Source: the human T2T-CHM13v2.0 reference genome, Homo sapiens. From it: DNA of 64,000 nucleotides. The stretch is from the NCBI RefSeq assembly GCF_009914755.1, contig NC_060928.1, one strand, 5' to 3'. Shown piece by piece: positions 15,066 to 30,030 of the stretch. Both the position numbers and the translations under genes were made by a program. Positions within the stretch are counted from its first letter, which is position 1; each line of letters opens with the position of its first letter. The notes under the pieces were generated by a model. The model was not told the origin of the DNA and ran no database searches. It worked only from the letters and a program-made list of their open reading frames with translations.

Positions 15066-15801
15066 TACTATGACCCTTGGGATGTTTGGGTGGAATACAG
15101 ACTAAGAGGATCTTAACCTAAAATGAGATGAACTCAAACTGGTGTTTTTAGCAAGCTTCCCAATTCATTCAGATACACCTCAATGTCTGAGAACCACAAC
15201 CCTGGAGATCCTAGACATTCTAGCCACCTCTGCAGGTGTCCTTGGCCATTGAAACTCAGAGCTCAGAGAGATGACTCAAAGTATAAGTTTCAGATTTCCC
15301 CATTCTGCAGACATTTACTCAGCAAAATCTATCTTAGGCTCAGTTCTGGAAAAGCAAGGAGGACATACTGAGTAGTGATGAACAACAAAAAAAGCACCTG
15401 CCCTCCTGGAGCTTATATTCCAGTTGAGGTAATTGACAAATATGTGAATAAACACATGATATAATGGCAGATGACGATAATTATAGTAAAGAAAATGATG
15501 AGAAGCTAGCCAGGTAACAATGTGGGCAAGAAACAGCATTGTGCAAGAGAAACATAGCAGGTGAAAATGCCCTGCAGACTTAGGAGCATCAAGAGACAGC
15601 CAAAATAAGGCCTGTGTGGCTGGAGCAGTGCTTGAAGAGCAGCCTGGTAGGAAATGAGGGCTGAGGTACCCACAGGAAGCAAACCACATGGTGCTTTTTG
15701 GACTAGAATAAGAAATTTGGAATTCATTCTATGTCTTGAAAAGTAACTAGAAGATATAAACAGAGTAAACAGAAGATATAAATAGACATCATTTGTTTTA
15801 C

Positions 15802-16099
<298 letters not shown>

Positions 16100-16109
16100 T
16101 GTTTTGCAC

Positions 16110-16147
16110 TTTTTTTTTCTTTGAGATGGAGTCTCACTCTGTCACCC
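16110..16147 (-). mobile_element. Very short Alu 3'-end fragment
   Basis: ttttttttctttgagatggagtctcactctgtcaccc. Confidence 0.75.
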
Positions 16148-16445
16148 TGTTTTACATTGTTAAAGGATCATTCCAGCTTCTATGTAGAGAAAGGACCACA
16201 GGGCAACATTTCTGGAAAGAGGAAGATCACTTAAGATGCAAGAGGTGATGGTGGAAAGAACAAGGCATGGAATATACCTGCTATGTGCTCATAAAAATTT
16301 TTTAAAAAAGAAAAAAGTCAATAGAATCAGGATCTATTTAAAAGTAGAGCAATTTGGACCTACTAAAACATAGAATGGGAGAAATAAGGAAAAGAAACGA
16401 ATCCAGGATAAATGTATCTACCTGAGTACTGTTCTGGAAAATTGC

Positions 16446-16609
16446 CAGTTTTTGCTCTCAATGCTTTCAATCAGTAGCATGAGGCCCACCTACATTATCG
16501 AGTGTAATCTCCTTTACTTACAGTAACTGTAAATGCCAATCACATCTACAAAATACCTTCTCAGCAACATCTAAACTAGTGTTTGACCTAGCAACTGGAA
16601 GCCACAGCC
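16446..16609 (+). repeat. 164-bp direct copy of 17769-17932 (MLT2 internal segment)
   Basis: 160/164 identical, no indels, by manual alignment. Confidence 0.93.
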
Positions 16610-17507
16610 TTATTTTTGTTTTTTGTTTTTTTCCTTTTCTATTTCCTGAATAATATAATTTATTTGTCTTAGATTTATGTACATTTGCACTTAATCTTCT
16701 GTTCCTTCTCAAAATGATAATAAAGTTTCCACTTCTGCCGCAAGCTTTCAGGACATGCAAAGAGACATGCAAAGCATCAGCAGAACCTCCCATCTCCTCC
16801 CCCCGAGAAAAGGTTTCAGGAATTCCAGCCTAAGAGATCAGGGTTTGGCAGCCCTGGTGAGCGCAAATGACTGACAGCAACAGCAAATACAGTACATTCT
16901 ATGAGAGAAATGGGAAGATGAAGGCTGGGCTGTTGCAACTGTGTGTTCTCTACAAGGGAAGGCAGCCATTCGCACTAGTTGGCTTCATTAAGTAGAGTGT
17001 AGGCTTCTTGAGGACAGTGAATTAGCTCATTCTGTAGCCAGCTCCACTTCACTTGGTTTCCTGCTCTGTGCTTCAGAACCACTCAGTAAATATGAATCTA
17101 ATTGAATTGCTAGCAAGAAGGAAATAACTCACTGTTTGCAAAGTAGATTGAGCCCAGAGGTGTTCCTCGACAGGGCTTTAAAACCGCCACTGAAAACAAG
17201 ATTATATTTTATTCCAATTACACTAAAATGAGTTCAGCTATACTTATATATTGAAAATATCCAGAGCAGTTCAATTCAGTGAGTGGCAACATTTTTCACA
17301 GCCTAAGGCACTCATTGAGAATGTTGGGGCAGAGAGGAGATAGTGAGTGAGATGGAAGGGGTGGAAGAAAGGCTAAACCCAATCCAGAAAATAAATCTGT
17401 AAATTCACTTCAGATTTCTGTTAAGGAAAGAAACAGTACAGCCATCACATTATGTTCTCTGGACTTTAGTCATTTGAGAATCACCCTGTGATTTTTGGCA
17501 TGGCTTT

Positions 17508-17964
17508 TGTATCAGTCAGGGCTCTTCAGAGAAACAGAACCAATAGAAACAGAACCAACATACATATAATAAGAGATTTATTTTAAGGAATCATTTCTTG
17601 CAATTGTGGAAGCTGGCAAGTCCAAAATCTGTCAGGCAGGTTGAAGCTGGAAACTCAGATGAGAGTTGATTTTGCAATCTTTAGCCTGAAATCTGCAGGG
17701 CTTGCTGGAAACTTGGCCAACGTTTCTACAGTGCAGTGTGGAGACAGAATTTCTTTTCCTGGAAACCTCAGTTTTTGCTCTCAATGCTTTCAATCAATAG
17801 CATGAGGCCCACCCACATTATCGAGGGTAATCTCCTTTACTTACAGTAACTGTAAATGCCAATCACATCTACAAAATACCTTCTCAGCAACATCTAAACT
17901 AGTGTTTGACCTAGCAACTGGAAACCACAGCCGACCAAGTTGACAAACAAAATTAACCACTATA
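17508..17964. mobile_element. MLT2-like (ERVL) LTR
   Basis: tgtatcagtcagggctcttcagagaaacagaaccaatag...ccaagttgacaaacaaaattaaccac. Confidence 0.75.
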
Positions 17965-20280
17965 CCCAATGTATTTATCCCCATTCATTCATTTCAAAGA
18001 TATTTATTGAATGCTTCTATATGCCAAGTACTTTTCTTGGCTTCGGGGAAACGGTTGTGAATAATACAAAATCCCTGCCCCCTTGGAGTAACATTCTAGA
18101 TGGGACACTCAGTGGAAGGAACAAGTTGGATGGGAAGAGAGAGGATCAAGAGTTCTGCTCTGGCAATTTTGAGATGTAGATGCCTCTAAACATCCATGCA
18201 GCACTATCCTTTAGGTTCTTCTGTAGTAAGGTCCAGAAGAAAATAAGGAAACGTGAATTACTTTAGATTTTTCCCTTGTCATAATGAAATGTGAGCATGA
18301 ATATAATGTTAAGAAAAATATGCACAAAATCACAAACTGGTCATATTTTCCTAAATACATTAAAAGATATATACAGCTCTCTTTTTTCTTCATAATGTTA
18401 CCTGATTTTTTTAAAAACTAATTTTAGAAGGAGGGATGGTATTGACCATTTTCCTCCATAACAACGTAAACACCAGTATTTCAAGAACTTTGTCTGTTTT
18501 GCTCACCACCATCTTCCCAGGACTGTTGTGTCATCAGAATTAGAATTTAAAAACAAGATAACATGGTTTATAAGCAGTGCACTGGAGGAAGGAAGGAAAG
18601 TGTGCGCCAGCCAGAAGCTGGATTGTCCCTTCCATCTCAGGTCTTTATGAAGTAGAATTCCAGGACCTTTCTTTATATGTGAGCCCCTCTAAGACTTGTC
18701 TGTGATCAGCAGGCCTTAAGGCTGGGTGTCATGACCTTCAGGAAGGAGATGAAAGAAAGACTCGGCAGGCAAGAAGAAGGTGGACATCGTGGTTGCAAGA
18801 GAGCAAACTTCAAAGAAGCTGTTGGAAAGGGCACTGATAACCTGCATTTGAAAGAGGTCAAAGTATTTGTCCAGTAAAACATTTAGAATCAATAGGGGGT
18901 CAGGGTTCCAGTGTTTGTACAGGAGACTGTAACATCAAGAGGCTTTATTTGTTGAGATCTCTGAATTTATAAAATGAGGGCCATGATGTTCTATTGCTTA
19001 TGGAGGGGCTGATGTCTTCATCAGTGTCTGGAACAGTGCCTGAGGCATAGTAGGCACTCAGTAAACATTGAATAAATGAGTGAGTGAATGCATGAACTAC
19101 TATTAACATTTTAAATGATTATCCATGATCCACCTAAAATTACCTTTTGCAGCCAGGAAATATGCCTGTCTAATAAGGAGTGGGGTGAGAGTGAAATATT
19201 GCCAAGCCCTTGGGGCTGCAGAACTAAGCTGTATTCTCCACTCCCCTTTACTGGTCATCTATCTGAAGTGGAAGAGGAAGCGTTTCTCGATTGGCCCTCC
19301 TGAAGCCTTATTAATAATTACATTCATTTTCTCTCAATTTAGGTTCAATGACACTCTAAACTTTAAAAAAGAGAATCCATTATGTTGGTTTGAGGAATAT
19401 ATGATTAATATACTGCAGTCATTCCTTCTAATCAGAAACAGACTTACCTCCCCGGTCACTGGAACTGATGAACAACTGCAGACTTTACCCAAAAGCACAG
19501 GAGGGTTCAACATGCAGATTCCTATCTGCACTGCACCCTCTTAGGAAGCAGATCAGAGACAGAAAACTCCAGAAGGCACGGAGCCTAGAATGCCTGCTTC
19601 CTTCTTCTAAATATACCTACCACATAGGTCAGTGGGGAGCAGTGAGAGGGGAGAAGGAGAAAAGAAGTTGTACATGTTCCTCCCTTAGATTGTCTTCTGG
19701 GACTTGGAGTGGGAATTCTCATACTTGAGGGCACTGTGAGGAGTGGGGAATAATTATCCCACAGAAGAGTTCTTTCAACATCAGCAACTTTTGAAAAAAA
19801 ATCTGCTGGTCTATACCTGCCTTAGAAATCCAGTATGTTAACAATTTTAATTTGCCTCACTTCCTTCTGCCTCAAGGTTTAAAAATCTTCAATCTGGATT
19901 GTGCTCAACTCAAATATTGATATTTTGATATTTCTTTATTAATTAGGCAGCATTTGGCCACTGCAGATGTTGAGGCAATGTACAACATGACTTCTTGCTC
20001 CCTCTGATGATATGAAAAAATAATAGCCCTTTCTCCATGGATATTATTTTTGGAAAGCTGTGTCAGCTTCAGATATAAGAATACCTTAGATGCCCTGATA
20101 TGGTTGAGGCAAAGGGAAAGCCACTCTTCTCCAAGGGGAATGGGTTACAGCAGAGCCAACAAGAAACTTGTGGATGTCAGCAGTGGTATGGCTACCACAT
20201 GTATACCTTACCTGACAGCAGAAAGCTGGAGGGTGAGGGTGAAATATCACACTGTAGAAGAAATGCATGAGCATGTACAT

Positions 20281-20287
20281 ACACACA

Positions 20288-20331
<44 letters not shown>
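20281..20331. repeat. (CA)n microsatellite
   Basis: seen directly. Confidence 0.95.
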
Positions 20332-20335
<4 letters not shown>

Positions 20336-23300
20336 CTGTTAACATCAGCCTTTAGGACAAGTCCTACACTGGGTAAGAAAGAAAATGGAAGTGGGCAAGA
20401 ATTGTTATATAGCTACTTTAAAAATTTCCCTGAAAAAGAACATGGTAATGTTGACATAACTCTATAGTAATGAAATCAGCTTTCATGGATAGTTGCAGAA
20501 CTAGATCCATTATCTTAAATGTCAAACCACTTAATGCTATGATTTCTAGCTCAGTGACGGAGAATACTGAGGGATTTGCACAAACTGGTAAATCTCATGC
20601 AAGTTTTAGGCACATTTAAATCTGCACCAAGGTTAACCAAAATAGCTTAATAAAATGTACCTTGTTAACCCTGACTTCTGTTTAATTAGGAGCATCTGTA
20701 TGCTTCACTAGCCGATTCTAAACTCTAGCAACTTTTTTTTACTTAGAGAGATTCATAATAATGTAACTTAATGATGCATAGAGTGCAGATCAGGTGATTC
20801 CATTTTACAAGCATTTTTTCAGAATGCTATGTCCTCCACCTGGAATGTTCTTCATAATCAAAAACTGTCAAAGATTGGAAGCCAACTCTTGAGATTACCT
20901 AATGAAAACCTTCCATTTATAGATAAGGGATCTGAGACCCAGACTTATCCAAGTCCATTTCTGAGTAGATAATAAAACTAGAATAATAACATAGCTTTCA
21001 ACTCTCAATTTTTGTTCTGTCCTCTACCCATCCTTTAAAACTCAATGCAAGGCCCACTGTTACAAGAAGGCTTCTGTGACCCCCAATGATTTCTCACTTT
21101 GATGAATCCCTAATCGTGATCTATATTATGCCATGTACAGTTTGATTGAAAACTTGTCCCTCCCAATATTATGCTTCACTCTATATCTCTAAGGAGGTAA
21201 TGATCTCTTATGGACAAAATTCATATTTTGTGATTATCTTGGCTATTCCAAAGTACCTAACAAAATCATGTGTTCCAGTCCTTATCTTCTAATGTAATTC
21301 TCCCTCCTTTAAGGAATTCAAGCATTTTGGTCCTCATCACTTCAACCCTACCATCCTTAGTAATGTCAAATTTCATGCACATGACTTTTTCAATTATAGA
21401 CATACAGTAGAGGACAGAGACTGCATCTGGCTCATTATTCTCAATGACCTTCACCATCACCTGATCTCAAATCCCCAGCAAACATTAGCACATGTTCCCA
21501 TTGCTCAGAAACATTCTACCTCCCATATCTCCATGTGTAAAATTCCCATTTCTGAAGGTAGCCTGTTATCCTTCCATATCTTTGACTTCCTCACTCACTC
21601 CCTTAGAATTTGCCTTTCTCAATCCTTCTTTTCCTGTCTACTGTGTCTCTTCCAGCTTCACTTGACACCCTATCCCGATATGTGTGAGCTAATGCTTTTA
21701 TTTCTTTTCTTCCTTTGACCTGCAAACTTTTGAAAAGGGGAGTCCATACAAACTCCCTTCTCCTCCTTGCTACCAATTCAGTCTTTAACCCCTTGCAATC
21801 CAGGTTCTGCTTCAGCTCTTATTCTAAGACCGCAAATGGCCTTATTGATAAATCTATGAGCCTTCTTCATTCCCCCTGTTCTCTCTGAAACACTATTGAC
21901 CATTCTGTCCTTCTGGACACCCTTCTCCCTCCTTGAGTTTCTCTTCATAGCAAGATGTTATTTGTTCTCTACCTCTATAGTTTCTCTGTGTCTCTTTCAC
22001 TGACTCCATAGCTGCCTCCCACTCCTAAAATAATCTCAGCCCCAACATTATCCCAGTCATCACCACATATACATTATTTGCTGGACACCACCACAAGGAT
22101 GCCTAATGTATATCACAAATTCAACCAAAATAACAAACTCTTTTTTTCCACCCTATACATGCAACACACACCAGACACCCCATTTCGCCGATGACAATAT
22201 AATCTTTCAGCCTAACAGGCTGACAGTTTCCAGGTCACCTTCACTTCCTTGTGCTACAAATCTAATCAGTTGCCAAATCAATTTCATTTCTATTTTAAAC
22301 ATTTTTCAAAAGTTCCTCTTTAGTGTAGTTTTCCTTTTCTTTCTGCTACATTGTCCTAGTCCAGGCCCTCATTATCTATCCCCTGAGCACCCCAATAGCT
22401 CTGGTTGGGAAAATAGGACTGAAACCTAAAAATCAACATCAACACAAAGTAATATATGCTAAAGGATATGTGAATGGAAAAAAAAAAAGAGGTCCCTAAC
22501 TGGCTATGCAAAAGTCAGATCTGGACACAGATATGTTTCATCTGACCTGAAGATCATTTTTACACTATTGAGTCAACTTTAAGGAAAGACAAAATAAAAA
22601 TCTATATGTTCAGGTTTTCTGGTAAAGGGGGTGATCTGGCAACACTAGAGTCTAGTCCATTCAGTGTAGTTGTCAACTGGAGCTGAGCTGCAGTCCCCTC
22701 CTTAGACATCTGCTCTCTGAGGCCCCATAGGCATCACCATTCCCTAGCTTCACTCAATTACTTACTTTCACCTGGCTCTACTCAGCCATGCTTCTTGGTC
22801 CCCGTAGGTGGCTGAGTTTGTAAATTCTGTTGTAAAAGTCAGTGCTAAGGGTTTTTGTTGGTAAGGATGCTAGTTGTGCTGCATATATCCTTGACACCTA
22901 ACACTTCATCTCTCACACAGTAAGCACTCAATAAATGTTGGGAGAAAGTTTTGGAGGTGCCTATGGGCAGGCAAAGTACAAAGGTACACAAAGAAAGCAG
23001 GATTTAAATTGAGCCTTGGCCAAAACAGGTGGATTTGATTAACATACAAAGAGGAGAGAAAATAATATTTGAGACAAAGAATATTCTGTTTTAATCCCAA
23101 ATTTGGTACTTGTTGTTTAATCTTATTGTTTAATTTACTTAACTTCTTTGAGCCTTGGTTTTCCTGTCTGCTGAATTAGGATAACATATATGTCTTAGTG
23201 TTATTATAACTAAGGTAAATTAGTAAGATTCAATTACTGAAATACTGAAATTACTGAGATAAATTACATAGTAGAATTCAATAAATTGTAGTTATTAACA

Positions 23301-24729
23301 ACAACAACAAGATAATAATAATAACTCCCTGAATAAAGTCACCAATAGATGTATACAGTCAGGGCATGTGGGTAGCCCAATTAGACTGAAGCAAAATGCT
23401 TCACAGAGGGAAACAATGATAGGTAAAAAAGGAGAGAGAGATGACAGAAACCAGAGTCAGTCGCCATTTCTCTCTCCAACCAACTCAAATCCTAAAGCTA
23501 ACAAATGCATTACTGAGTTTCCTGTGGAAACAAAGTGTAACAAAGGCCAGGGACTGTGATGTGGTCCTCCAAGTAGAAAGAGCTTGAGCTTTGAATCAGA
23601 TACACATGGGTTCTAATATCAGGGCTGGCACTTACTAGCTGTGTAAACGAGCCAGATTGTTAACCGTTCTAAATCTCATTTGCCTTATCTATAAAATGGG
23701 GATGGGATGGCCTTTTAAAATAGGGTTGCTGTATTAAACAGTAATATAAATGCTACTCATGATGGGAACACAATAAATCTTAGTTCTTTAAACTGTACCA
23801 CGGTTGCACCATCATGTGCTATCTATCCTCTGTCCCTTTCTTTTCTTTCTCTCTTGTTTGTATTTGCCGCCTATGTTTTTCTCTATCTCTTCTTCACTAG
23901 GCTCTTTTGCCTCCTTATCTATACCTAGTGTGTTAAGTGTTTACTAAGATTAATCTCATTCAAAAGCATTTATAGACTCCTTACTGTAAGTCAGGCATTA
24001 TGCTAATACACATGTTAGCACAGCTCCCTCTCCCTGTACTGGCCCTGGAAGTACTTCAAGCTCATTTTCACATATGAGCCATGTCCCTTCCAGGTAAATC
24101 AGTTTGCAAAGTATATCAGCTTGAAGTTAAACAAGGCCACATTCTGAGCCAAACTGTGCTCACATTTTCTGTAGTTCCAAAAGACTGTGTGGGCATAGCA
24201 TAGAGAAGAACCAGGAAACCTGGGATAGGTATCACTGGAACTACAGGAAGCATCAGTGAACAACAGTAGAGGAACAAAAGTCAAAGGATAGCCAGGCGAA
24301 TCCTTTGACCCATTAATCATATCTGTCAATTTTGCCTAAGGAAATAATTATGGATATGCACAAAGATTTAACTACAAAATATTCCTTCCAGACTTGTCTA
24401 TAATACTACAAAGTAAAACAAACCTTAACATCTAACAACAGATTAATTCAATTATGTTTTATTCATGTAAGCTATTAATAAAGCGTGTCACAGAGGAATA
24501 TTTATTAACAAGGAAAGATGCCCAGGCTGTATTATTAACTGAGAAAAGCAGGTTGCAAGGCAAAATATATGAATGAACCTGTGTTTGCAAGTATATATGA
24601 ATAGAGAAAAGACTGGAAGCCAAGCGAGATGTTAATGATTGACTCTGAAGGTGAGATTATGAATTTTTACTTTTTATTTTGTGTTTCTAGCTTTGTTTCC
24701 ATGTACCACTTTTATAACAAGAAGAAATA

Positions 24730-24731
<2 letters not shown>

Positions 24732-24774
<43 letters not shown>
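24732..24774. repeat. (CA)n microsatellite
   Basis: seen directly. Confidence 0.95.
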
Positions 24775-24775
<1 letters not shown>

Positions 24776-24835
24776 GTGTTCTGTGAGTGGAGACAGATGA
24801 TAGCTAGAAAGCTAGCAAGGTGGATGGATGATGAT

Positions 24836-24878
<43 letters not shown>

Positions 24879-24887
24879 CGATCGATC
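24836..24887. repeat. (GATA)10(GATC)3 compound STR upstream of the last GABRB1 exon
   Basis: seen directly. Confidence 0.95.
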
Positions 24888-24945
24888 TATCTCCACATCA
24901 GGGAGGCACATCAAGCCAGATGTTTAGGAACACAGTGTTTAATGA

Positions 24946-25377
<432 letters not shown>

Positions 25378-25787
25378 GGTCTGTTCTAATGGTTCCATTT
25401 AGACTACTTTCCTCTTCTATTGTTTTTTAACCTTACAGGTCCCCAACAGCGATACTGCTGTTTCTCGAGGTAAGAGATTCAGCCATCCAATTGGTTTTAG
25501 GTCTTGCATATCAGTTTTATTACTGCACCATGTTTACTTCAAAAAGACAAAACAAAAAAAAAATTATTTTTCCAGTCTACCGTGGTCCAGGTTATCAGCT
25601 CTTTAAGAGCTCTATTAATTGCCATGTTTACAAACAAACACAAAGAGAGAAGTTAGACAGGTAGATCTTTAGCAGTCTTTTCTAGTTTCCCTGGATTTCA
25701 CTGATTTATTTTTTAGGGAAAATGAAAAGAGGACCTTGCTGTCCGCCTGCACTGCTTCCTGGTAAACTATAACAAACTTATGCTGCC

Positions 25788-25818
25788 AAAAAAAAAAAAA
25801 AAAAAACATAAAAAAAAA
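25788..25818 (+). repeat. Genomic A-tract (A19-cat-A9) in the GABRB1 3' UTR
   Basis: seen directly; no retroelement body upstream. Confidence 0.95.
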
Positions 25819-28800
25819 CACACAATTTCCAGGATCTCAGAAGAAAAAAACAAAGCCATTGACAAGTTACAGATTTCCAGGAAGAAGGCAAAAGAAAAAG
25901 GAGCTTAGACAGGGAAGGAAGAGTCCCCTCTATCCTTAAGTTCTCCCATGTCCGTTGTAAAAGGGCTCCACAGCTCCACAGAAGAAGAGGGAAGGAAGGA
26001 CAAGCGCTGGTCAAGGTTATGCAATCCCAACCTGCCATCTTCACTGCACCATTAAGCTGGATATTCTGAAATATGCTTCTTTCTCGACTTTCCGGCAAAT
26101 TTTAAATTAACATTAGAATCCAACCTGGTCGACCTGGTAGCCATTGAGAACATTTTTCTTTTTTTCTTGAGAATAAGGAGCTTGGAAGGCAATGACCATT
26201 TTTCTAACTGGCCATTTCAAACATGCAGCCCTGAATTCATCTCATCAGCCTGGAACCCCCTGATGCTGTGCCAGGAAGCCATGCCACCCCAGTTCCATAG
26301 TTCCTGCTCCAGAGAGTGTGGGAGGAAGGGGATGGTGAGCAATTTTTGCTTGAGAAAAATATTGCCCTTGCCATTAGGAAGGCAAGATTTATGTGCTGTG
26401 AAAAGGGTGCCTGGGCAGTTATCTGAACTGCCAAATCTTAAATCAAATAGTATATATTTCTTTGCCTTCTAGAGAGCAGTATCTAATGGTGACAGGCTAG
26501 TCACACAGGCCTCAACTGGCACTTCATGGCTCTGCTCTCTGAGCTCTGCATTCCAGACTGGAATGAATGCTTTGGAAAATGCACAAATACCCATGTTGAT
26601 GTCATTCCCCTTCAGGACCAGAATTCCATTTTAAAGAAAATCTTGAAAATTGCAGAACTACAGATAAAAACAAGAGCGATGAGAAAAGCAGTGGAGCTTC
26701 CAACACATGCACCAGTCCCTAAAGAATAGACCCTGTCTACACTCATTAATCACTGTCATTGCTCCTCTGCTTTATCTCCGCTTGTGGATTACTCTTGGTC
26801 ATGGTTCTCATAGAAGGGGCATCCTTCAGTAGCCCAACACAATTCTAAACATGTCCAACCAGCTACAGTTGAGATTCTTCCCATGTTATATCACTGAAAC
26901 CTTGTCATTTTATTTTTCAACCTCAGTATCTAAGAATTCTGTATGTTCATTTGCAAGACTGAATGAAACTGTAAGCTAACCAAACACTGATGCAGGAGGT
27001 TTGGGACCTGACCCATGAATGTGAAATAAGGGTTGAGGTAATAATAGGGACGATTGCCTGGCTTAATGATCTAGCTTTTTCCCTAAGACTGTGATGGGGT
27101 CCATGTTTACAATAGCATCAGCTTCTGGAAATTACAGTCTTCACCGGACAGATGATGCTGAATTTTTACTGATGAGCTGAAGGGGAGAAAGGTACAAGAT
27201 ATTCTTTTAGAAAGCAAGAGGAAAAGGGAACCTTAAAATAAATGAATAGTTAAGGCTGAAGATAATATATATACAAAAACTCTGCTTTAACTGGAAAAAA
27301 TGATCTCAGTGGTTTCATGATAGGGACCACATTTTTATTTAGATTTTTAGTTGTATTATCACACTTTCCTGGTCAAGGAAATCTCCAGCCTTAGGGTATG
27401 AAGTCATCCATTTTGAAACTCTTCAGTCCCTTGGCAGGGTGAGATGCTTTGCCATCATAAAATGGCCATATAGAGTGGCATGTGGCCATGTCAGTGATTG
27501 TAAGGTTAATATTCCGTAATGACCGCAAAGGAACCACTGTGCAGCCATTTATCTTAAACACAGGAAGGAAAATTGTTGGCTGATGCCTAATAAAAATGAA
27601 TCATTCTGGGTGTCAAAGCTCTTTTAAAAGCTTTTAAGAATGAAATGCTAAATCAGAAAGGAAGTATCTGTAATCTATGTTCCTTAACAAACAATTTATT
27701 TTTATTTATCTATTTAGATTATTATTCTTGGGAAAGATTGAGAATATTTGTATTTTTATTATTATATTTTTATCTTGTCTTTAAAAAATCTAACGATTTT
27801 GATGCTGTAGTTTTAGATGTAAAGCATCTTCTGAGAAAAAAAGAGAACATTTTGAATTCATATCTTAACCTTTGTAAAATGTAAACTTATTAAGCCTGAA
27901 TCTACCCATCAGGCACAAAATGGTGTCACCATATGCCCTCCTGGGCAGTAGAGGGGCCACAGCCAGCATTATAAAAATCCTGGTAAATAGCTGATTTTAG
28001 AGGCAGTGGCAGCCAGAAGAATGGAGAAGCTGCAATATTTATGGTTAAAGACCTCTATCCCCACTTCTTTCTGGACACCTGTGGGCCAAATTCTTCCCTC
28101 CTTGGCCCCACTCCTAGCCAAGTCCTCCCCTTTCAGGCTGAACAGTGAATAGAAAAAAAAAAAAACTTCCTTCTCTGGCTGTCTCCCTTGTCTTGCCCAA
28201 AATCATGTACATAAAATATAAATGTTGTTGGACATTCTTAAGTGCCCTCAAAACTGGCCCCATTCTTGGAAGATTCAGATTATTACATGATAGAGGGATT
28301 ATTATTCAATCATTATTGGGTTGTTTTCTTTTTGCCATGAAAATAGCCATAATCCCCTGCATTAGTTAAGTTGAGGAAGAGGCTGAAAGTTACACAGACT
28401 CACTCTCTGATGTCCAAGTCATGTCCAAGTAACCCCATATCTACAGTTCAGAAACTGTGACATAAACTGTGTCATAGACTTCACCTGTGTAAGCCCATTG
28501 GAAATTCCAGCTTTCACTGGACAGTGATGACTGCATACTCATTCCTTCCAATCATGTTCCTTGGCTTAAAATATTAGGGATGACATGTGCATTACAATTA
28601 CCAGCTTTGTGAGGCAAAGATCCAGGTCAAGATATATTTTCGGCTTGAATTATCCAGGATTATTGCCTCTGTTTTCTACATTGCCAAATAGAAACAGCAG
28701 ATTGGTTGGTAATTCTGCCAACTGAATGATATGTGTTTTCATACATGCCATCTTTATTGTACATTACAATCAACAAAGGATCTTGAAAATGCAAAGAGAA

Positions 28801-30030
28801 AAAAATGTGGTGCAGAGAATAAACTTTGGTTTAAGGGTCCAAGGATAGGCATTCCTTAAAAAGCATTATGTACAATACATAAAAATGTTGACTAAATTCC
28901 ATCTTTCTAAAATCAATGACTATTTTATAAATATTAAGAAAGAATTCAATTATAATTTGCCAAGTTAAACAAAAAAAGATATATTTATAATACTTCTAGA
29001 AGGAAATAATCTCCAAGATTTCTTATATGGACAATTTTGAATAGTATATTACCAAAGGGTGATGTGTCACCATTTTCTTTCCTAAACAAAGTAAATCATA
29101 TATCCCAGGAGGGAGAAAAAAGGAATGTACAAGCATTTGTTCATGGTGGTTCAATCAGCATTACTGGGATGAGGGGGACAGAAAAACAAACAAATATGTC
29201 TGTTTCCTGAAAGCAAGCAGTGAACATAAAGGTAAATTTGTTAATGGAATGTAGACTATTACATAAACTTCCTTGTAAATTCTGTACATAGTTCATTGAC
29301 CCTGTTGTGTGGTGGTCCTCAGCTTTGGGTGGATGTTCAAAAAATCTGAGCATTGTAAATAATGTAAGCTTATAAGGTATTTGCTTTTCTTCATGAAGTG
29401 AAATGACTAGTGATTTGGGCCCAAACCAGAATCTTTTTAGCTCTTGCTCTTTCTCTGCCATTTTGTGTGTGCAGTTGTGTAACTCTGCTGCAAGCCATAG
29501 CCAGGTGTCTGTGATCACTGCCTCATCCCCCTACCCCACTGAAAGGAACAGCAGCTGATGAGAAGGCGGCAAGCCTGTGGGGCTCAGGAACAGCGCACCA
29601 GCAGAAACGGAAACTGTAGCAAGCTGCTCCTTGAACTGCGTCATAAAGAGATTTGTCTTTATCAGTCATTCGTGGCTATTCATATATTCAGATACTGAAT
29701 TATCCATGCCGTTGAGGGGGTCAGGAATGGAAAAGATATTCAAAATCCACAGGCAATCCAAAGCTTTATTTGCACCAACAGCTTTAGCTTCTAACTTGTT
29801 CTCTTCCAGTTTCCCGGAACTTCTATTAAGAATAGAAGTGAATGGATGGGTTTGATCAGGGTAAAGAGTCAAATGTCCAAATGATGGGAAGGAACAAAGG
29901 AAGGACAGTAAATGATTGGTAACACCAACAGGCTGATTCATTCCTGAAAGATCCAGAGGTAACCATGTCATTATTTTTTAAAGGCAAAGAGAAATATTGT
30001 TATACACTGGGACTTGAAACTAGTATTTTT

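Noticed and set aside
19125-19728. 139-aa and 86-aa ORFs in repeat-poor intron sequence as a possible cassette exon or nested gene
   Set aside because: No recognisable homology and no convincing splice-site pair; lengths are compatible with chance
25788-25818. A-tract as the tail of a processed pseudogene or the true mRNA end
   Set aside because: Upstream sequence is the intron-containing GABRB1 gene itself; no poly(A) hexamer at the right distance and no TSD
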